A DNA stretch of 46,894 bases from a virus (IMGVR_UViG_3300007956_000005:1-46894); one strand, 5' to 3'; positions 26,539 to 37,107 are shown, counted from the first letter of the stretch. Program-made: numbers and translations. The notes: generated by a model not told the origin, from the letters alone.

Positions 26539-27941
26539 TAGAAAGTTGACCCCGCATTGAACATAATACCTCTATCCGACATTCTCTGCATTTCAGCCTG
26601 TTCTTCTGGGGTTATGTACGTCTGTGTAAATGCGTTAAATATTTTACCATCTGATCGAACACCTGTAGAAGCGTAAGGTCTAGAAGCAGACTGATTTTGT
26701 AATCCATTCAACGAGCGTAGAGAGTTCTGTACGTTGATTACTTGCCGACCCAAATTTTGACCTGTGGCACTAAAACGGCCTAGTATCAGGTTACCTTGAT
26801 CATCCATTTTACGTGTGATCGTGTTGCCTTGATTATCAATGCTGTTGGCGATCAGCGCACCATTGTCGTTGAATGCTTGACCAAGCTGGTTAAATTCTTG
26901 ACGCATATTATTGTCTAAACCCTCTTGGGTTGATGCAATACGTGCCATATCTCTCGCAGAGGTAATTTGACCTGAATCTAAACTACCCATAATTGCAGCC
27001 GTACCCTGCGACATTGCAGATTCGGCGGTCATAAACCCACGTTCCATTTCTCCAGATAGGTTCTGTTGACCTGTGGCATTTGCTTGTGCAATATCCCCAA
27101 TATCAGAACGCAGACGGTTTGTTTGATTAGATTGCGCTCTAGATAAATCTGCTCTAGATTGTTGAGCAATCTCTTGATCCTGCCCATATCGATCAGAGTA
27201 ACTATCAAAGTTACTGACAAACTCATCCTGACCTTCTTGCAGCCCCTCTTGGTTTTGCATAGATTGGATAGCATATGCATCCGCAGTATCAGACATTGTG
27301 TCCAGATTTGTCTGTAGCCCACCCTGCCCATTTAGAATATTAGCTTGGGTAGCAGTTAGCTGGGTGTTTGCATCATTGAAACCTTTGGTCATTGCGGTGT
27401 TTGTATTGGAAAATCCTGTGTCCAACGCATTGTTCATATTGTTTCGTGCAGTATCAAACTGAGATGTTCGATCAGATTGGGCATCTCTGAAGCCTTGAGC
27501 CTGATCATCGTTACCTGTATCTACCGCTGTTTGAATACCTTTAGTATCTGCATCTACAGTGTCAAAACGTTGTCCTACGTTTTTAAATCCACCAGTTACA
27601 TCAGATTGTATATTGCCAATACCTGTAGAGTTAGAACTTAATGCAGTAGCATTGTTACCTATACCTGTATTAACAGTATCAAACTGAGTATTCATACCAG
27701 TATCATATTGTTTCAACAGATCCTGAAGGTTAGTAAACCCACTGGAAATATCTGTACCCAGACCTGTTACCCCAGTATCCACGGTATTGAAACGGGTATC
27801 AAATGTATCGTATCTATCTGTGGCATCGCCACGGGCATCTACAATTTGATCACTAATACCTACCTGATTGTCTACCAAATCCTGAAATTGATCGTCTGTC
27901 AGACCACCATCTACTGTTGTTGAACCACCGCCACCAGACAT
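26538..27941 (-). CDS. putative ejection/pilot protein, coiled-coil, N-terminus MSGGGGS
   Basis: AAGGAG SD before ATG 27941; RFDTVD/GF repeats; Gln/Asn/Asp/Thr-rich. Confidence 0.6.
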   Translation of the reverse strand: MSGGGGSTTVDGGLTDDQFQDLVDNQVGISDQIVDARGDATDRYDTFDTRFNTVDTGVTGLGTDISSGFTNLQDLLKQYDTGMNTQFDTVNTGIGNNATALSSNSTGIGNIQSDVTGGFKNVGQRFDTVDADTKGIQTAVDTGNDDQAQGFRDAQSDRTSQFDTARNNMNNALDTGFSNTNTAMTKGFNDANTQLTATQANILNGQGGLQTNLDTMSDTADAYAIQSMQNQEGLQEGQDEFVSNFDSYSDRYGQDQEIAQQSRADLSRAQSNQTNRLRSDIGDIAQANATGQQNLSGEMERGFMTAESAMSQGTAAIMGSLDSGQITSARDMARIASTQEGLDNNMRQEFNQLGQAFNDNGALIANSIDNQGNTITRKMDDQGNLILGRFSATGQNLGRQVINVQNSLRSLNGLQNQSASRPYASTGVRSDGKIFNAFTQTYITPEEQAEMQRMSDRGIMFNAGSTF

Positions 27942-27942
27942 A

Positions 27943-28365
27943 TTAAAACTCCTTCGTATGTACCTTATTAGGCTGTTTATACCGCCGCCACTTGGCAGGG
28001 ACATTCTGTCCTAAAACGGTTTGTGAATGTTTTCTCATGCCACGCATGACTTTGAGTGAGTGACCGTAGGGGGCTATAAAATCTATGCCCCATAGCTGAT
28101 AACGATCATCAATTATATCAGGACGCTTAAACACCACTTCATCAGGCATCCATTGCTCTAATATAAATTCGTCTGACTCTGCTTGAGTTATCCAAGCCCA
28201 CGATACAAATCCAATCGGCTTGTTATCCGAATAGAACAGACGGGCTTTTTCATGGATCAGGGGGTAGAGGCAGTAGTGAGTAAATTCAACCAGGGTGTAC
28301 GATCTATGGAACGAGGATTGGTTGAATAAAAACAGGCTGTCTAAAACAGCTTTCTGTAATTGCAT
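27943..28365 (-). CDS. toxin-activating lysine acyltransferase (HlyC/RtxC/CyaC family)
   Basis: SSFHRSY (S-x-x-H), PIGFVSWA, LWGIDFIAPYGH, WRR, matching HlyC family motifs SPLHR, PVAYCSWA, WFIDWIAPFG. Confidence 0.8.
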   Translation of the reverse strand: MQLQKAVLDSLFLFNQSSFHRSYTLVEFTHYCLYPLIHEKARLFYSDNKPIGFVSWAWITQAESDEFILEQWMPDEVVFKRPDIIDDRYQLWGIDFIAPYGHSLKVMRGMRKHSQTVLGQNVPAKWRRYKQPNKVHTKEF

Positions 28366-28394
28366 GTAGATATATCTATGGTTGGGATGATATA

Positions 28395-28424
28395 ACTATA
28401 GCACTTAGTTAAGGACCATTGCAA
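28395..28424 (-). promoter_or_regulatory. promoter TTGCAA-N18-TATAGT with operator TCCTTAACTAAGTG (28402..28415)
   Basis: Directly upstream of the acyltransferase gene. Confidence 0.6.
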
Positions 28425-28429
28425 GTGTT

Positions 28430-28651
28430 TTATGCGGCCTCTTCTACTTCAACCTCAAGAGATTTAATTAGCATATCTGCAAATGCTTGCTTGCCAACTT
28501 GTAGCTGATCCAGATTGAACTGAGTAGAACCAATTTTACGATCAAGATCAGAAACATGATTTACCATCACCTTCTGTTGATCTGTTAGCTCATTTTCAAT
28601 ATCATATTCTTTGTCGTTGATCCTAATGGTTTTTGTTTGTTTCTCGACCAT
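28430..28651 (-). CDS. small coiled-coil protein, possible tail assembly chaperone
   Basis: Start MVEKQ with AAGGAG SD. Confidence 0.65.
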   Translation of the reverse strand: MVEKQTKTIRINDKEYDIENELTDQQKVMVNHVSDLDRKIGSTQFNLDQLQVGKQAFADMLIKSLEVEVEEAA

Positions 28652-28667
28652 GTTGATCTCCTTTCGG

Positions 28668-28949
28668 TTAGGGGGTAGGTGTTTGTGCAGCGTCACGTTC
28701 TGCACGGGTTTGATAACCCTCACGGGCTGTTACAAGGGCCACAAAGTCTGCCTGAGTGGACGGTATGCTATCAGTGAAGCTTTCATCATTCATCAACTTG
28801 GCAGTCCACTCAGACTGCATACGTTTCCAAGCGTTATTCTTTTTGCCGTCCATTGCGCCTTGAAGCCAATCGTCAATGTTTAACAGATCGTTCAGCAAGA
28901 TGGCTTGCTCAGTATCGGTTAGTTCGACTGTTAGTGTTACTGTTGCCAT
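28668..28949 (-). CDS. putative tail-fibre assembly chaperone
   Basis: Follows fibre 2; AAGGAG SD. Confidence 0.6.
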   Translation of the reverse strand: MATVTLTVELTDTEQAILLNDLLNIDDWLQGAMDGKKNNAWKRMQSEWTAKLMNDESFTDSIPSTQADFVALVTAREGYQTRAERDAAQTPTP

Positions 28950-28984
28950 TTTATATCTCCTTTAAGACAGGGTTATTTCGCCCG

Positions 28985-30556
28985 TTATGCTACTAAGTAG
29001 CCACTGAAAGTTGAGCAGGATATTTGTAAGTCTGTTTGGGCGCTTCCCTGATGTTGGTAAACTCTGACATAAGCGGTATCTGAAGCATCCATATCAGCCA
29101 GAATAGAACCGCTGAGTATAACATACTCTGGGTCTGAGGTAAATTTTGGAGAGACAAGCCCTACTTCGTAATTATGATTTGAAGTCGCCAGTTGTGCCTG
29201 ATAGTACGTAGCAGCGGTATCTACTTGGTATAGCCTAATATGTACATTAAACTGGTATCTGCCTGATACTGGAGCAGTAAAGGTGTTAGACGCAAAATCA
29301 TTACCTTGGTCAAAGAACTCTCCTCCAAAAACTACAGTATGGTCAGACCCAGGAGCAATGTTGTTTTGACCCGCTGTATTGTTAATTACACCAAAAGCTG
29401 GCTGATACGGCATTGTGACCGCACCATTGCTGTCCAGACGAAAACGTTCTGTGTTGTGAGTAGCAAACACCATATCGGCATTCTCACGGTTCCAAAGATA
29501 GGCTGTGCCGCCTGTACTTATCAGATGAAACCCGTCGCCATTGGTGTTTCCTGTGGTTCCATCTGTTAAATGTAATGCGGCCCCATTTGTCGCAGAGGAA
29601 TGAACATTTAAATTTTTTCCATAGTTAGATGTTGGGCTGGATGTGCCAAGCCCAAGATTGCCGCTGTTGGTGAGGAGCATTTTCTCATCGTTGTTTACAC
29701 GGAAACCCATTGAGTTGTTGCTATGGTCATATTTAATTCTACCCATAGCAGGAGAACCGCCAGTTGTCCCATCTGCAAAAGCTATAGCACCTTGTGAAGT
29801 CGTTCCTGTAGCAATAGTTATGCCACCGCTTGCTGAATTAAAGACAACAAGGTCATCAATGCTTGAATTATAAGAGTTAGGCGAACTCGTACCAATCCCC
29901 ACCGATCCTGTCGATGTGACACGCAAACGCTCAAATGTCTGGTTACCCGAAGCGGTCATAAACGCTAGGTCTTCAACGCCTCCTGTTGTATTACCAGCAA
30001 CGCTAACGATACCCGCTGGTGCAGTCCCAGATTGTGATCTGAAAGCTATTCCAGAGGCACTGTTTGTTACATCTCTATCTTGAAATATTTCTAAAGCGTT
30101 CCAAGTGCTAGAGGTGTTAGGTACAAACGCATTCCCTTGAGAAGCAGGAGTGTGAAGCGAGTGGCCCGAAATAGTTACACCAGTGCTAGTAGTTGCAAGG
30201 CGAGGAGCATTTGAGGCGTGATAAAGAGTCACTGCGCCCGTTGAGGCGTTGCCCTCAAAATACGTTGATGCACCGTCCGAGGTGAGCAACTGCATGTTAT
30301 CGCCTTGGATTTTAAGCTGCCCAGAGCCATACTCACGTATACGTGCATGAGTTGCGTCACTATAAATCTCAAGCTCTGCGCCGAAGATAGCTTTGTTGTT
30401 ATCACCTAAAACGATGTTTCCTGTAGAAGTCACAGTGCCACTGAACGTAGGGCTTGCTAGTGGCGCAGCACCAACAACCTCAGCCACACTGATCTGTCCA
30501 TCAGCTAATTCAGCATTATCCGAAAGCAAATCAGCGAGTATACGTGCCTTGGTCAT
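28985..30556 (-). CDS. tail fibre 2 with C1q-like C-terminal head
   Basis: GSVGIGTSSP repeats; QPAF..FDQGNDF..FTAPVSGRYQF..FSGYLV. Confidence 0.8.
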   Translation of the reverse strand: MTKARILADLLSDNAELADGQISVAEVVGAAPLASPTFSGTVTSTGNIVLGDNNKAIFGAELEIYSDATHARIREYGSGQLKIQGDNMQLLTSDGASTYFEGNASTGAVTLYHASNAPRLATTSTGVTISGHSLHTPASQGNAFVPNTSSTWNALEIFQDRDVTNSASGIAFRSQSGTAPAGIVSVAGNTTGGVEDLAFMTASGNQTFERLRVTSTGSVGIGTSSPNSYNSSIDDLVVFNSASGGITIATGTTSQGAIAFADGTTGGSPAMGRIKYDHSNNSMGFRVNNDEKMLLTNSGNLGLGTSSPTSNYGKNLNVHSSATNGAALHLTDGTTGNTNGDGFHLISTGGTAYLWNRENADMVFATHNTERFRLDSNGAVTMPYQPAFGVINNTAGQNNIAPGSDHTVVFGGEFFDQGNDFASNTFTAPVSGRYQFNVHIRLYQVDTAATYYQAQLATSNHNYEVGLVSPKFTSDPEYVILSGSILADMDASDTAYVRVYQHQGSAQTDLQISCSTFSGYLVA

Positions 30557-30569
30557 CAGCTAGTCCCTC

Positions 30570-30824
30570 TTATATTATTTCTTGTGCAGCTAAATGGGCT
30601 GCATATGCATCTTTAACCGCTTGCGTGTGAACGGCTGCACAGATGGCTTGCACCTCTGCGCTCTCGCCTGAGATATCTGCATCTGGTGTAACAACATGGC
30701 GTGAGAATGATCTGCTGATCTCTACATCGTCACGCTTGATGACTGTGGCAGTACGTACTTGCACATGCTTGTAGTCGCCTACGATCTCTATTTTGTCTTG
30801 TACTTCTTGTTCTGTTAGTGCCAT
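30570..30824 (-). CDS. putative tail-fibre assembly chaperone
   Basis: Start MALTEQ with AGGAG SD; follows fibre 1. Confidence 0.65.
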   Translation of the reverse strand: MALTEQEVQDKIEIVGDYKHVQVRTATVIKRDDVEISRSFSRHVVTPDADISGESAEVQAICAAVHTQAVKDAYAAHLAAQEII

Positions 30825-30874
30825 CGTTTTTCTCCTGTGATGGTTGGACTGACTACCCAAAGCTATGCAGCGGG

Positions 30875-33800
30875 TTATGCGTCTGTGAAGTATGTTCCTG
30901 ATGCTATTACATATTTTGGATAACCACCTATCGTGGGCGCACTTGCGGTTGAGTTTGCAGTTACAAAATAAGCGTATACGCTACCTATGGAGAGATACCC
31001 CGTTGTTACAGTACCAGAGTAGGTGTTATGGGCAGAAGTAAATGCTGAATAAACACCACTTGATGATGAAGTAGCAAAAGGTAAACCAGCCAGTGTTGCA
31101 TTGTGACCTCCCGTTACAGTCATTGCATTACTATACCATTGCCAATGCACTAAAGCACCAACCTTAACATATTTTCCTTGCCCAAAAGCACCGCCACTCA
31201 CACCCCCTGCAGTCATTTGGAAAGTACCTTCCTCATAATCATCCAGCTTATTAGCCGCACCAGTACCGCCAAGGTATACACCGCCACCTAAATAAACGTC
31301 GGTGAACCTCCCTCCTGCACTTCCTAAGTTACAAGCGTTGTCCGTTGTTACCCCAGTATTATTCGTTGGCACGATTGCGCCATTACCCAGACGCAAACCC
31401 TCATGTCCACTTGCTGAACTATATATTACCAAGTCGCTACTTTGAACGCCGATAGCACCCGTCTTGACAGTATCTTTGTAGAACCCTGCAATTTCACCAT
31501 CTGAACTTTTTCGGTTCAAGTTAAAAGGTGCGCCGCCATCTCTAGTAACCGATAACGCCTGACCGCTAGAAGTTGCTTGTATGCCAGTAAGTGAAAGGTC
31601 AGCGCTTGCCTTACCAACGAGCAGGTCACCAGTGCTTTTCAAAGTCATCTGGGGCGTGTCGGTTTCGTAATTTGTTGTGCCACCAGCGAAGTGGATATCC
31701 ATAATGCCAGCGGAAGATGTCGCTTTAGACCACATCCCAGCAAAATGATCTTCAGTGCCATTGTTGTCGTCGTGACCAAACAAGAATGCTCCGATAAAAT
31801 CACCGCCAGCAACAGCGTTATCTTGTCTATAAGCAATGATTTCGCCACCAGTATTAGCGCCCACCACCATAGTTTTACGAGAGTCAGAACCTATACCTAC
31901 AATAGATGTACTACCTGTACCTATTCTAAAGCTACCCTCATTTGTAATACGTAACCTCTCAGTAGCGCCTGTGTAAAACGCCATGTAGTCATCGGGATGG
32001 TTATACTGTATTCGGCCTACATCATTATCGTCAGGGTCACCAAACAGAATCTGACCGTTGCTTGCGGCTGGTGTGAGAATGCTTATCCCACTGTTTCCCG
32101 AATTTTCAACAATTAGGTCAGAGTTTGAGGAGGCTGCTGAAACTCCAGATGACGCATTAAATACATGCAGGCGTTGAAGTGGCGAATCTGTGTTAATTCC
32201 AACTCTGCCGCTGTTTGTGATATCCCCAGTTACGTCCACACCTGTGCTAGTAGTCTTTAGTTTTACTGAGCTATTCCCAGATTCGGCAAAGAAAAGTTCT
32301 GCGGCTCCTGTCCCGCCGTTTGCTTGGAAATATTCCGCATAGCTGCCATTTTGGTCATCACCTTGTATTCGAACATCTGAGTCAGCCTCGTTGCTACGAA
32401 TTAAAAGGTTTCCTGTGCCGTTAAAAATACGACCAGATGACCCAGAATGGTCTACTGTAAGATCATTGCCATCACCAAATCTGGCTGTGTTGTTATCACC
32501 GAATGACAGGTTGCCTGTCATGGTATCACCCGACAGGTTCACATACCGTGCGTCTGATTGTGTCTGCGTGAGGTGATCTGCTAGAACAAACGTACCGTAG
32601 CCTACGATCTCAACAATGTCGTTTACCGTGGTTCCACTTGCAAATACTACTGAGGTTCCTGACGTAGCAGTTACGTCTGTACCAACTAGCTGTTTGACTC
32701 CATTCAAGAAAATATCCACGTATCCCGAATCGTATGTCGCTGCAAAAACTGTTTGACCCGCTGTCGCTGTATATGAGTATCTGTTTGTAGTTCCGTTGAC
32801 TGAGGAACCCGCATTCGTCCAGCCGTTAGCGGAGTATACTTTCATAGCACCCGCTGTTGAATCAAAATACAATGCGCCTACAATCAAGGCATCGCCATCA
32901 TTGTCCGTTGCAGGAGCCGAAGACTTAGCGCCAAGGTAGCGGTCATCAAAACTATCAAGTGAAGCCGCCGCTGATGTAGCCGAACTTGCAGCCGCTGTTG
33001 CGGAGTTAGCTGCATTGGTTTCGCTCGTAGCAGCATTGGATTCTGAAGTCGCCGCCGCCGCTGCGCTTGCAGATGCCGCTGTACCACTACCAAGTATACC
33101 ATCAACATACGATTTGTTACTCGCATCTGTACCAGCCGTAGGAGTACCCAAGCCTGTAATCTTATTAGACCCCATAGCTAATGCACCAGACATCGTATCG
33201 CCTGATTTGGCTACACGGGAGTCACGCTGAGTATCGGTATATACTTTTGTAGATACATCTTGTGCCGCTGTCGGATCACCCGCACCAGTAATTTTGTTAG
33301 TACCCATAGCAATAGCACCACTCATAGTGCCGCCAGCTAGGGGTAATTTTGTAGCAATGCTGTTAGTTACTGTAGTACTGAAGTCATCATCGTCGTTGAG
33401 AGCATCCGCTAGTTCACCTAGTGTATCTAGCCCTGCACCAGCGTCACCAATCAGAGTAGATATTTCATCGTCTACGTATTTTTTGGTGGCGGCATCAAGG
33501 TCTGCACTTGGCGCTGTTAGATTAGTAATAGTAGCAGAAGTACCAGCATTCATATTAAGATTGCCGTTAACTGTTACGTTAGTGAATGTAGATGTACCAG
33601 AACCAGCGGTTACGTTACCAGTTAAATCACCAGTGACATTCCCTGTTACATTACCGCCCGACAGGTTACCCGTGACATTACCAGTTACGTTGCCTGTCAG
33701 TGCGCCAGTAATTCCACCAGAGGCTGTTACCGTAGTGAATGCACCACTTGATGCTGTAGTAGCACCAATCGTAGCACCGTCTACTGTACCGCCATTTATG

Positions 33801-34732
33801 TCAGCGGATGCTAAAGTAGCTGCGCCCGTAGTTTGTATCGTTGTGAAGCTAGCTTCGGCTTTTGTGGAAGCACCTATAACAGTTCCATCTATGTTACCGC
33901 CATTGATATCCACAGTAGCAAGAGTAGATGTACCTGACGCTCCAAGCGTAGTGAAAGCACCTGTGCTTGGCGTAGACGCACCAATAGTAGCCCCATCAAC
34001 CGTACCACCGTTAATGTCGGCTGTAGCGGCTACAAGGCTAGTATTTGCATTCAGAGTAGTGAACGTACCAGCGGCTGGTGTAGTAGTACCAATCGTAGTA
34101 CTATCAATAGCACCAGAGTTTAGGTCAATCGAATTGATTACTGTTGTGCCAGTAGCAGACAGGTTAACCAGCGTTGTATCACCAGTTACACCTAGAGTAG
34201 AACCAAGAGCCGTTGATCCTGTTACATTTAGGGTTCCACCAACGGATATATTTCCTAAAGATGATATACCTCCAGATAGGAACAAATCTTGAAAACGTGT
34301 ACTATTATTTCCCAGATCAACTGTGTCATTCGCCGCTGGTATGATGGCATTACCCGTGGTGACTTGAACAAGTTCACGCCAAACGGCTGCTCCTGAAGCA
34401 TTACCCACACATATGTATATACGCCCCGTGTTAACATTTTCCCACATAGAGCCAGGGACATAACCCTCGCTTACGTCATTAGTAACTGCAGGAGTGGTTG
34501 TGGCATCAAGCTTGTTTTTACCGCCCAATCCACCATTCGCAATAGGTAGATACCCAGATACGGACGTAGTTAGATTGATCTTTGGGGAGTCTCCCGTGCC
34601 GCCCGTGTGACCGTGTCCTGTTGTAGAGTTAAAAGCCGCAGCCAGTTGGTTAAATTCAGAGTTTAGCGGGGGTGCAGTTATAGGTGATCCGTTAATGATC
34701 GAACCTGTAGACTGCCGTGTGTAACCTGCCAT
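30875..34732 (-). CDS. long tail fibre 1
   Basis: N-terminal anchor MAGYTRQ; ADINGGTVDGATIG and GNVT repeats; Ala/Ser linker; LDDYEEGTF C-terminal module. Confidence 0.85.
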   Translation of the reverse strand: MAGYTRQSTGSIINGSPITAPPLNSEFNQLAAAFNSTTGHGHTGGTGDSPKINLTTSVSGYLPIANGGLGGKNKLDATTTPAVTNDVSEGYVPGSMWENVNTGRIYICVGNASGAAVWRELVQVTTGNAIIPAANDTVDLGNNSTRFQDLFLSGGISSLGNISVGGTLNVTGSTALGSTLGVTGDTTLVNLSATGTTVINSIDLNSGAIDSTTIGTTTPAAGTFTTLNANTSLVAATADINGGTVDGATIGASTPSTGAFTTLGASGTSTLATVDINGGNIDGTVIGASTKAEASFTTIQTTGAATLASADINGGTVDGATIGATTASSGAFTTVTASGGITGALTGNVTGNVTGNLSGGNVTGNVTGDLTGNVTAGSGTSTFTNVTVNGNLNMNAGTSATITNLTAPSADLDAATKKYVDDEISTLIGDAGAGLDTLGELADALNDDDDFSTTVTNSIATKLPLAGGTMSGAIAMGTNKITGAGDPTAAQDVSTKVYTDTQRDSRVAKSGDTMSGALAMGSNKITGLGTPTAGTDASNKSYVDGILGSGTAASASAAAAATSESNAATSETNAANSATAAASSATSAAASLDSFDDRYLGAKSSAPATDNDGDALIVGALYFDSTAGAMKVYSANGWTNAGSSVNGTTNRYSYTATAGQTVFAATYDSGYVDIFLNGVKQLVGTDVTATSGTSVVFASGTTVNDIVEIVGYGTFVLADHLTQTQSDARYVNLSGDTMTGNLSFGDNNTARFGDGNDLTVDHSGSSGRIFNGTGNLLIRSNEADSDVRIQGDDQNGSYAEYFQANGGTGAAELFFAESGNSSVKLKTTSTGVDVTGDITNSGRVGINTDSPLQRLHVFNASSGVSAASSNSDLIVENSGNSGISILTPAASNGQILFGDPDDNDVGRIQYNHPDDYMAFYTGATERLRITNEGSFRIGTGSTSIVGIGSDSRKTMVVGANTGGEIIAYRQDNAVAGGDFIGAFLFGHDDNNGTEDHFAGMWSKATSSAGIMDIHFAGGTTNYETDTPQMTLKSTGDLLVGKASADLSLTGIQATSSGQALSVTRDGGAPFNLNRKSSDGEIAGFYKDTVKTGAIGVQSSDLVIYSSASGHEGLRLGNGAIVPTNNTGVTTDNACNLGSAGGRFTDVYLGGGVYLGGTGAANKLDDYEEGTFQMTAGGVSGGAFGQGKYVKVGALVHWQWYSNAMTVTGGHNATLAGLPFATSSSSGVYSAFTSAHNTYSGTVTTGYLSIGSVYAYFVTANSTASAPTIGGYPKYVIASGTYFTDA

Positions 34733-36396
34733 TATCTTCTCCCTGCCGCTGTAAATTCAAAGACCATTCCTTGGATGGAAAAAGGTTCAGTTTGGCCTAC
34801 TGTCACAAACGTGGCCTGGGCCGCAAAACCTGATCCTTGAATATCGCTGGTCATAATTGGTTTGGATGAGCCACCATACAAAACGTTGGCTGCGCTATAG
34901 TTTATATTTCTGCCACCGTATCTGGTAGGCGCACCCGCTGAAGTTTGTGAGTAAGTGGCTGGGGTAGATACTTCACCATCTCCCCAATCGTAAGTCATGC
35001 TCACAAGCATTTCAAACGGACCTTCTCCACGGATGAAGGTGTTAATTTTACGCATGACTTTGCGCTGCTCTGTCTCTCCGAAATCTAAATAAGGGGTGGC
35101 ATATATCGATAAAATATCACCGCCGTTAAAGCTTATTCCGTGTTCTTGTTTATATACTTTACCATCGTAGTCACCATGAAGAACAAGTTCGATATCATCG
35201 ATGTAACCACTCTCGCAGCATGATGCCCTAATACCTAAAAGTTCACCAAACTCCCAAGCAATATTCCCTGAGTTATTGGTAAGTCCACCTAGGATACCTG
35301 CACTATCAGATGCAAATTTTGAATCATCACCAATAAAATATCTTATTTGAGATTTAGATCTTACTACAATAGAGTTTAAAGTACTCATGTCCTCGTTGCG
35401 GATAAGATCCACTAGAGTAGCCTGGATTGGTTTTGAAATTGTTTCCAATTCTACATCGCCAATTCGGGCAGTTGATTGGCACGGTCTGAAGCCATCAGGC
35501 GCTAAAAATACTAAATCTCCACCTATTTCTACTACGCTATCACGGGCCACGCATCCTACGTTTGCGGTAACTTGGGCTAGTACAAACGTACCTGCGTTAT
35601 TTACGTTTATCTTTTTGATAGAATTACTACCAAAAATAAATAAATCATCACGAAAAGGTTTAATCTGTACTACATCAAAACCCGCCGCTATCTGCCCCGC
35701 ACCCGCAGCCGTAGTCCACGTATATGCATCGTTTGGAGCGCTATGTGCTATCGCTGCCCTAGTAGCCTCATGCCCTGATAAAAATATATGGTTTTCAAAT
35801 ACATCAACTAATGCTGGGGCGTTTAAAGCTTGATCACCACCAGCGGTATTATTTGATGCGTTATATCCCCCAGCATGAGTAGATTTAATTTCTTTCCAAT
35901 TAAGACCATTAAATACAATAGCGGGGTTAACACCGTCTACAAATATAATGTGGTTACCCGTACCAAAATTGAAAGATGCATGACGTAGTTTATTAACAGT
36001 CAGCCCATTCAGAGACATAGGACGGGATACTGAGTGATCTAGAGTAAATTTTCTCCACCCAATAAAAGCAGTGTAATAATAGAAGCTATAATTTGTACCG
36101 CCAGCGTCTTGCCGTGCGGCAATAATTTTAGTAGAGTTTGTTACATCATCTTTAAAAATAGCTAGGCCGAGTACTTTACCTTGACCCGTTGTCTGACCAG
36201 CTACAGTAACCTCGCCGTAGTCACTATCATACTCATCATAGCCCTCAATACGACGATAGCCCCCGAAGAGGCTTGGTTCGTAATTAACTAATCGTGTTGC
36301 TGCGCCAGGACTGTTATCCGAAAGATCTAAATGATTTTCGTTTGAGTTAAGACCGCCGCTACAGATTACTTTAAGGGATTGGATCTGGTCTGGCAT
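34732..36396 (-). CDS. tail nozzle / tubular protein B
   Basis: Beta-rich 554 aa protein; VGCVARDS..FLAPDG motif; position after the adaptor. Confidence 0.7.
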   Translation of the reverse strand: MPDQIQSLKVICSGGLNSNENHLDLSDNSPGAATRLVNYEPSLFGGYRRIEGYDEYDSDYGEVTVAGQTTGQGKVLGLAIFKDDVTNSTKIIAARQDAGGTNYSFYYYTAFIGWRKFTLDHSVSRPMSLNGLTVNKLRHASFNFGTGNHIIFVDGVNPAIVFNGLNWKEIKSTHAGGYNASNNTAGGDQALNAPALVDVFENHIFLSGHEATRAAIAHSAPNDAYTWTTAAGAGQIAAGFDVVQIKPFRDDLFIFGSNSIKKINVNNAGTFVLAQVTANVGCVARDSVVEIGGDLVFLAPDGFRPCQSTARIGDVELETISKPIQATLVDLIRNEDMSTLNSIVVRSKSQIRYFIGDDSKFASDSAGILGGLTNNSGNIAWEFGELLGIRASCCESGYIDDIELVLHGDYDGKVYKQEHGISFNGGDILSIYATPYLDFGETEQRKVMRKINTFIRGEGPFEMLVSMTYDWGDGEVSTPATYSQTSAGAPTRYGGRNINYSAANVLYGGSSKPIMTSDIQGSGFAAQATFVTVGQTEPFSIQGMVFEFTAAGRR

Positions 36397-37086
36397 TTAG
36401 AACCGTATCCTAGTGTCTCGAATGGCAACATTATTATTGATGTACAATGTCTGAAGTTCTTTAACGCCCTTCTCAAAGACCATATATGCCGCTTGAGAAG
36501 CCTCTATATTATCCTTAAACATATAAAGGTGATATAGCGCACCATCTATCAAAACGGTGTCGTAGCTTTTAGGAACTCTAGTAACATCCGTTGCATCAGT
36601 AATGTCAGTGTAGTTCATAAAATAACGAAACTTTATAGTGTATGCTTTGTTTGGTGAGGGGCTTACCCCGTAACCATTACCGTGAGCAGGAAACACAAAC
36701 TCAGGAATATCACGGCCTGATGAACCCGCAGTGTAGTCTAAGTCACGATAGTCAGAGTACCACTGGTCCTGTTCAATGAACTTCAGTGTTTTAAACCCTG
36801 CACCTAAATTATCATTTGCTTGGATTTGAAAGCTGTTCCAATCAGCTACTTTAAAATACTGAGGCCAAACATATTCAGTTTGACCAACAACGAGAGTATC
36901 TGTTTCTTCCGCAGCATTGAAAGGCCAGCCAAACTCAGCTTGGTTTATTTTAGCTAGAGATGCCTTAATGGCGTCTTTAACCAGTGCCTGAACGCCACGA
37001 ACCGACCCGAAGTCGGCTTCAGCAATCTCAACCTCATTAAGGCGTCGAAGTACTTGGTTACAAAGATCGATATAAGTAGATGGCAT
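36397..37086 (-). CDS. head-tail adaptor / tubular protein A
   Basis: TYIDLCNQVLRRLNE, WPF, PSPNKAY motifs; follows the capsid gene. Confidence 0.75.
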   Translation of the reverse strand: MPSTYIDLCNQVLRRLNEVEIAEADFGSVRGVQALVKDAIKASLAKINQAEFGWPFNAAEETDTLVVGQTEYVWPQYFKVADWNSFQIQANDNLGAGFKTLKFIEQDQWYSDYRDLDYTAGSSGRDIPEFVFPAHGNGYGVSPSPNKAYTIKFRYFMNYTDITDATDVTRVPKSYDTVLIDGALYHLYMFKDNIEASQAAYMVFEKGVKELQTLYINNNVAIRDTRIRF

Positions 37087-37107
37087 AAAGCACCCTCAAT
37101 AGAGTGA

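Noticed and set aside
27942-28004. Upstream start for the 488-aa ORF
   Set aside because: Overlaps the acyltransferase gene; AAGGAG SD supports ATG 27941
33560-34130. Tandem repeats as CRISPR or DGR template
   Set aside because: Degenerate amino-acid-level fibre repeats; no constant repeat/spacer pattern and no reverse transcriptase in the window
33294-34292. 332-aa plus-strand ORF
   Set aside because: Antisense shadow of the repetitive Gly/Thr/Ala tail-fibre gene
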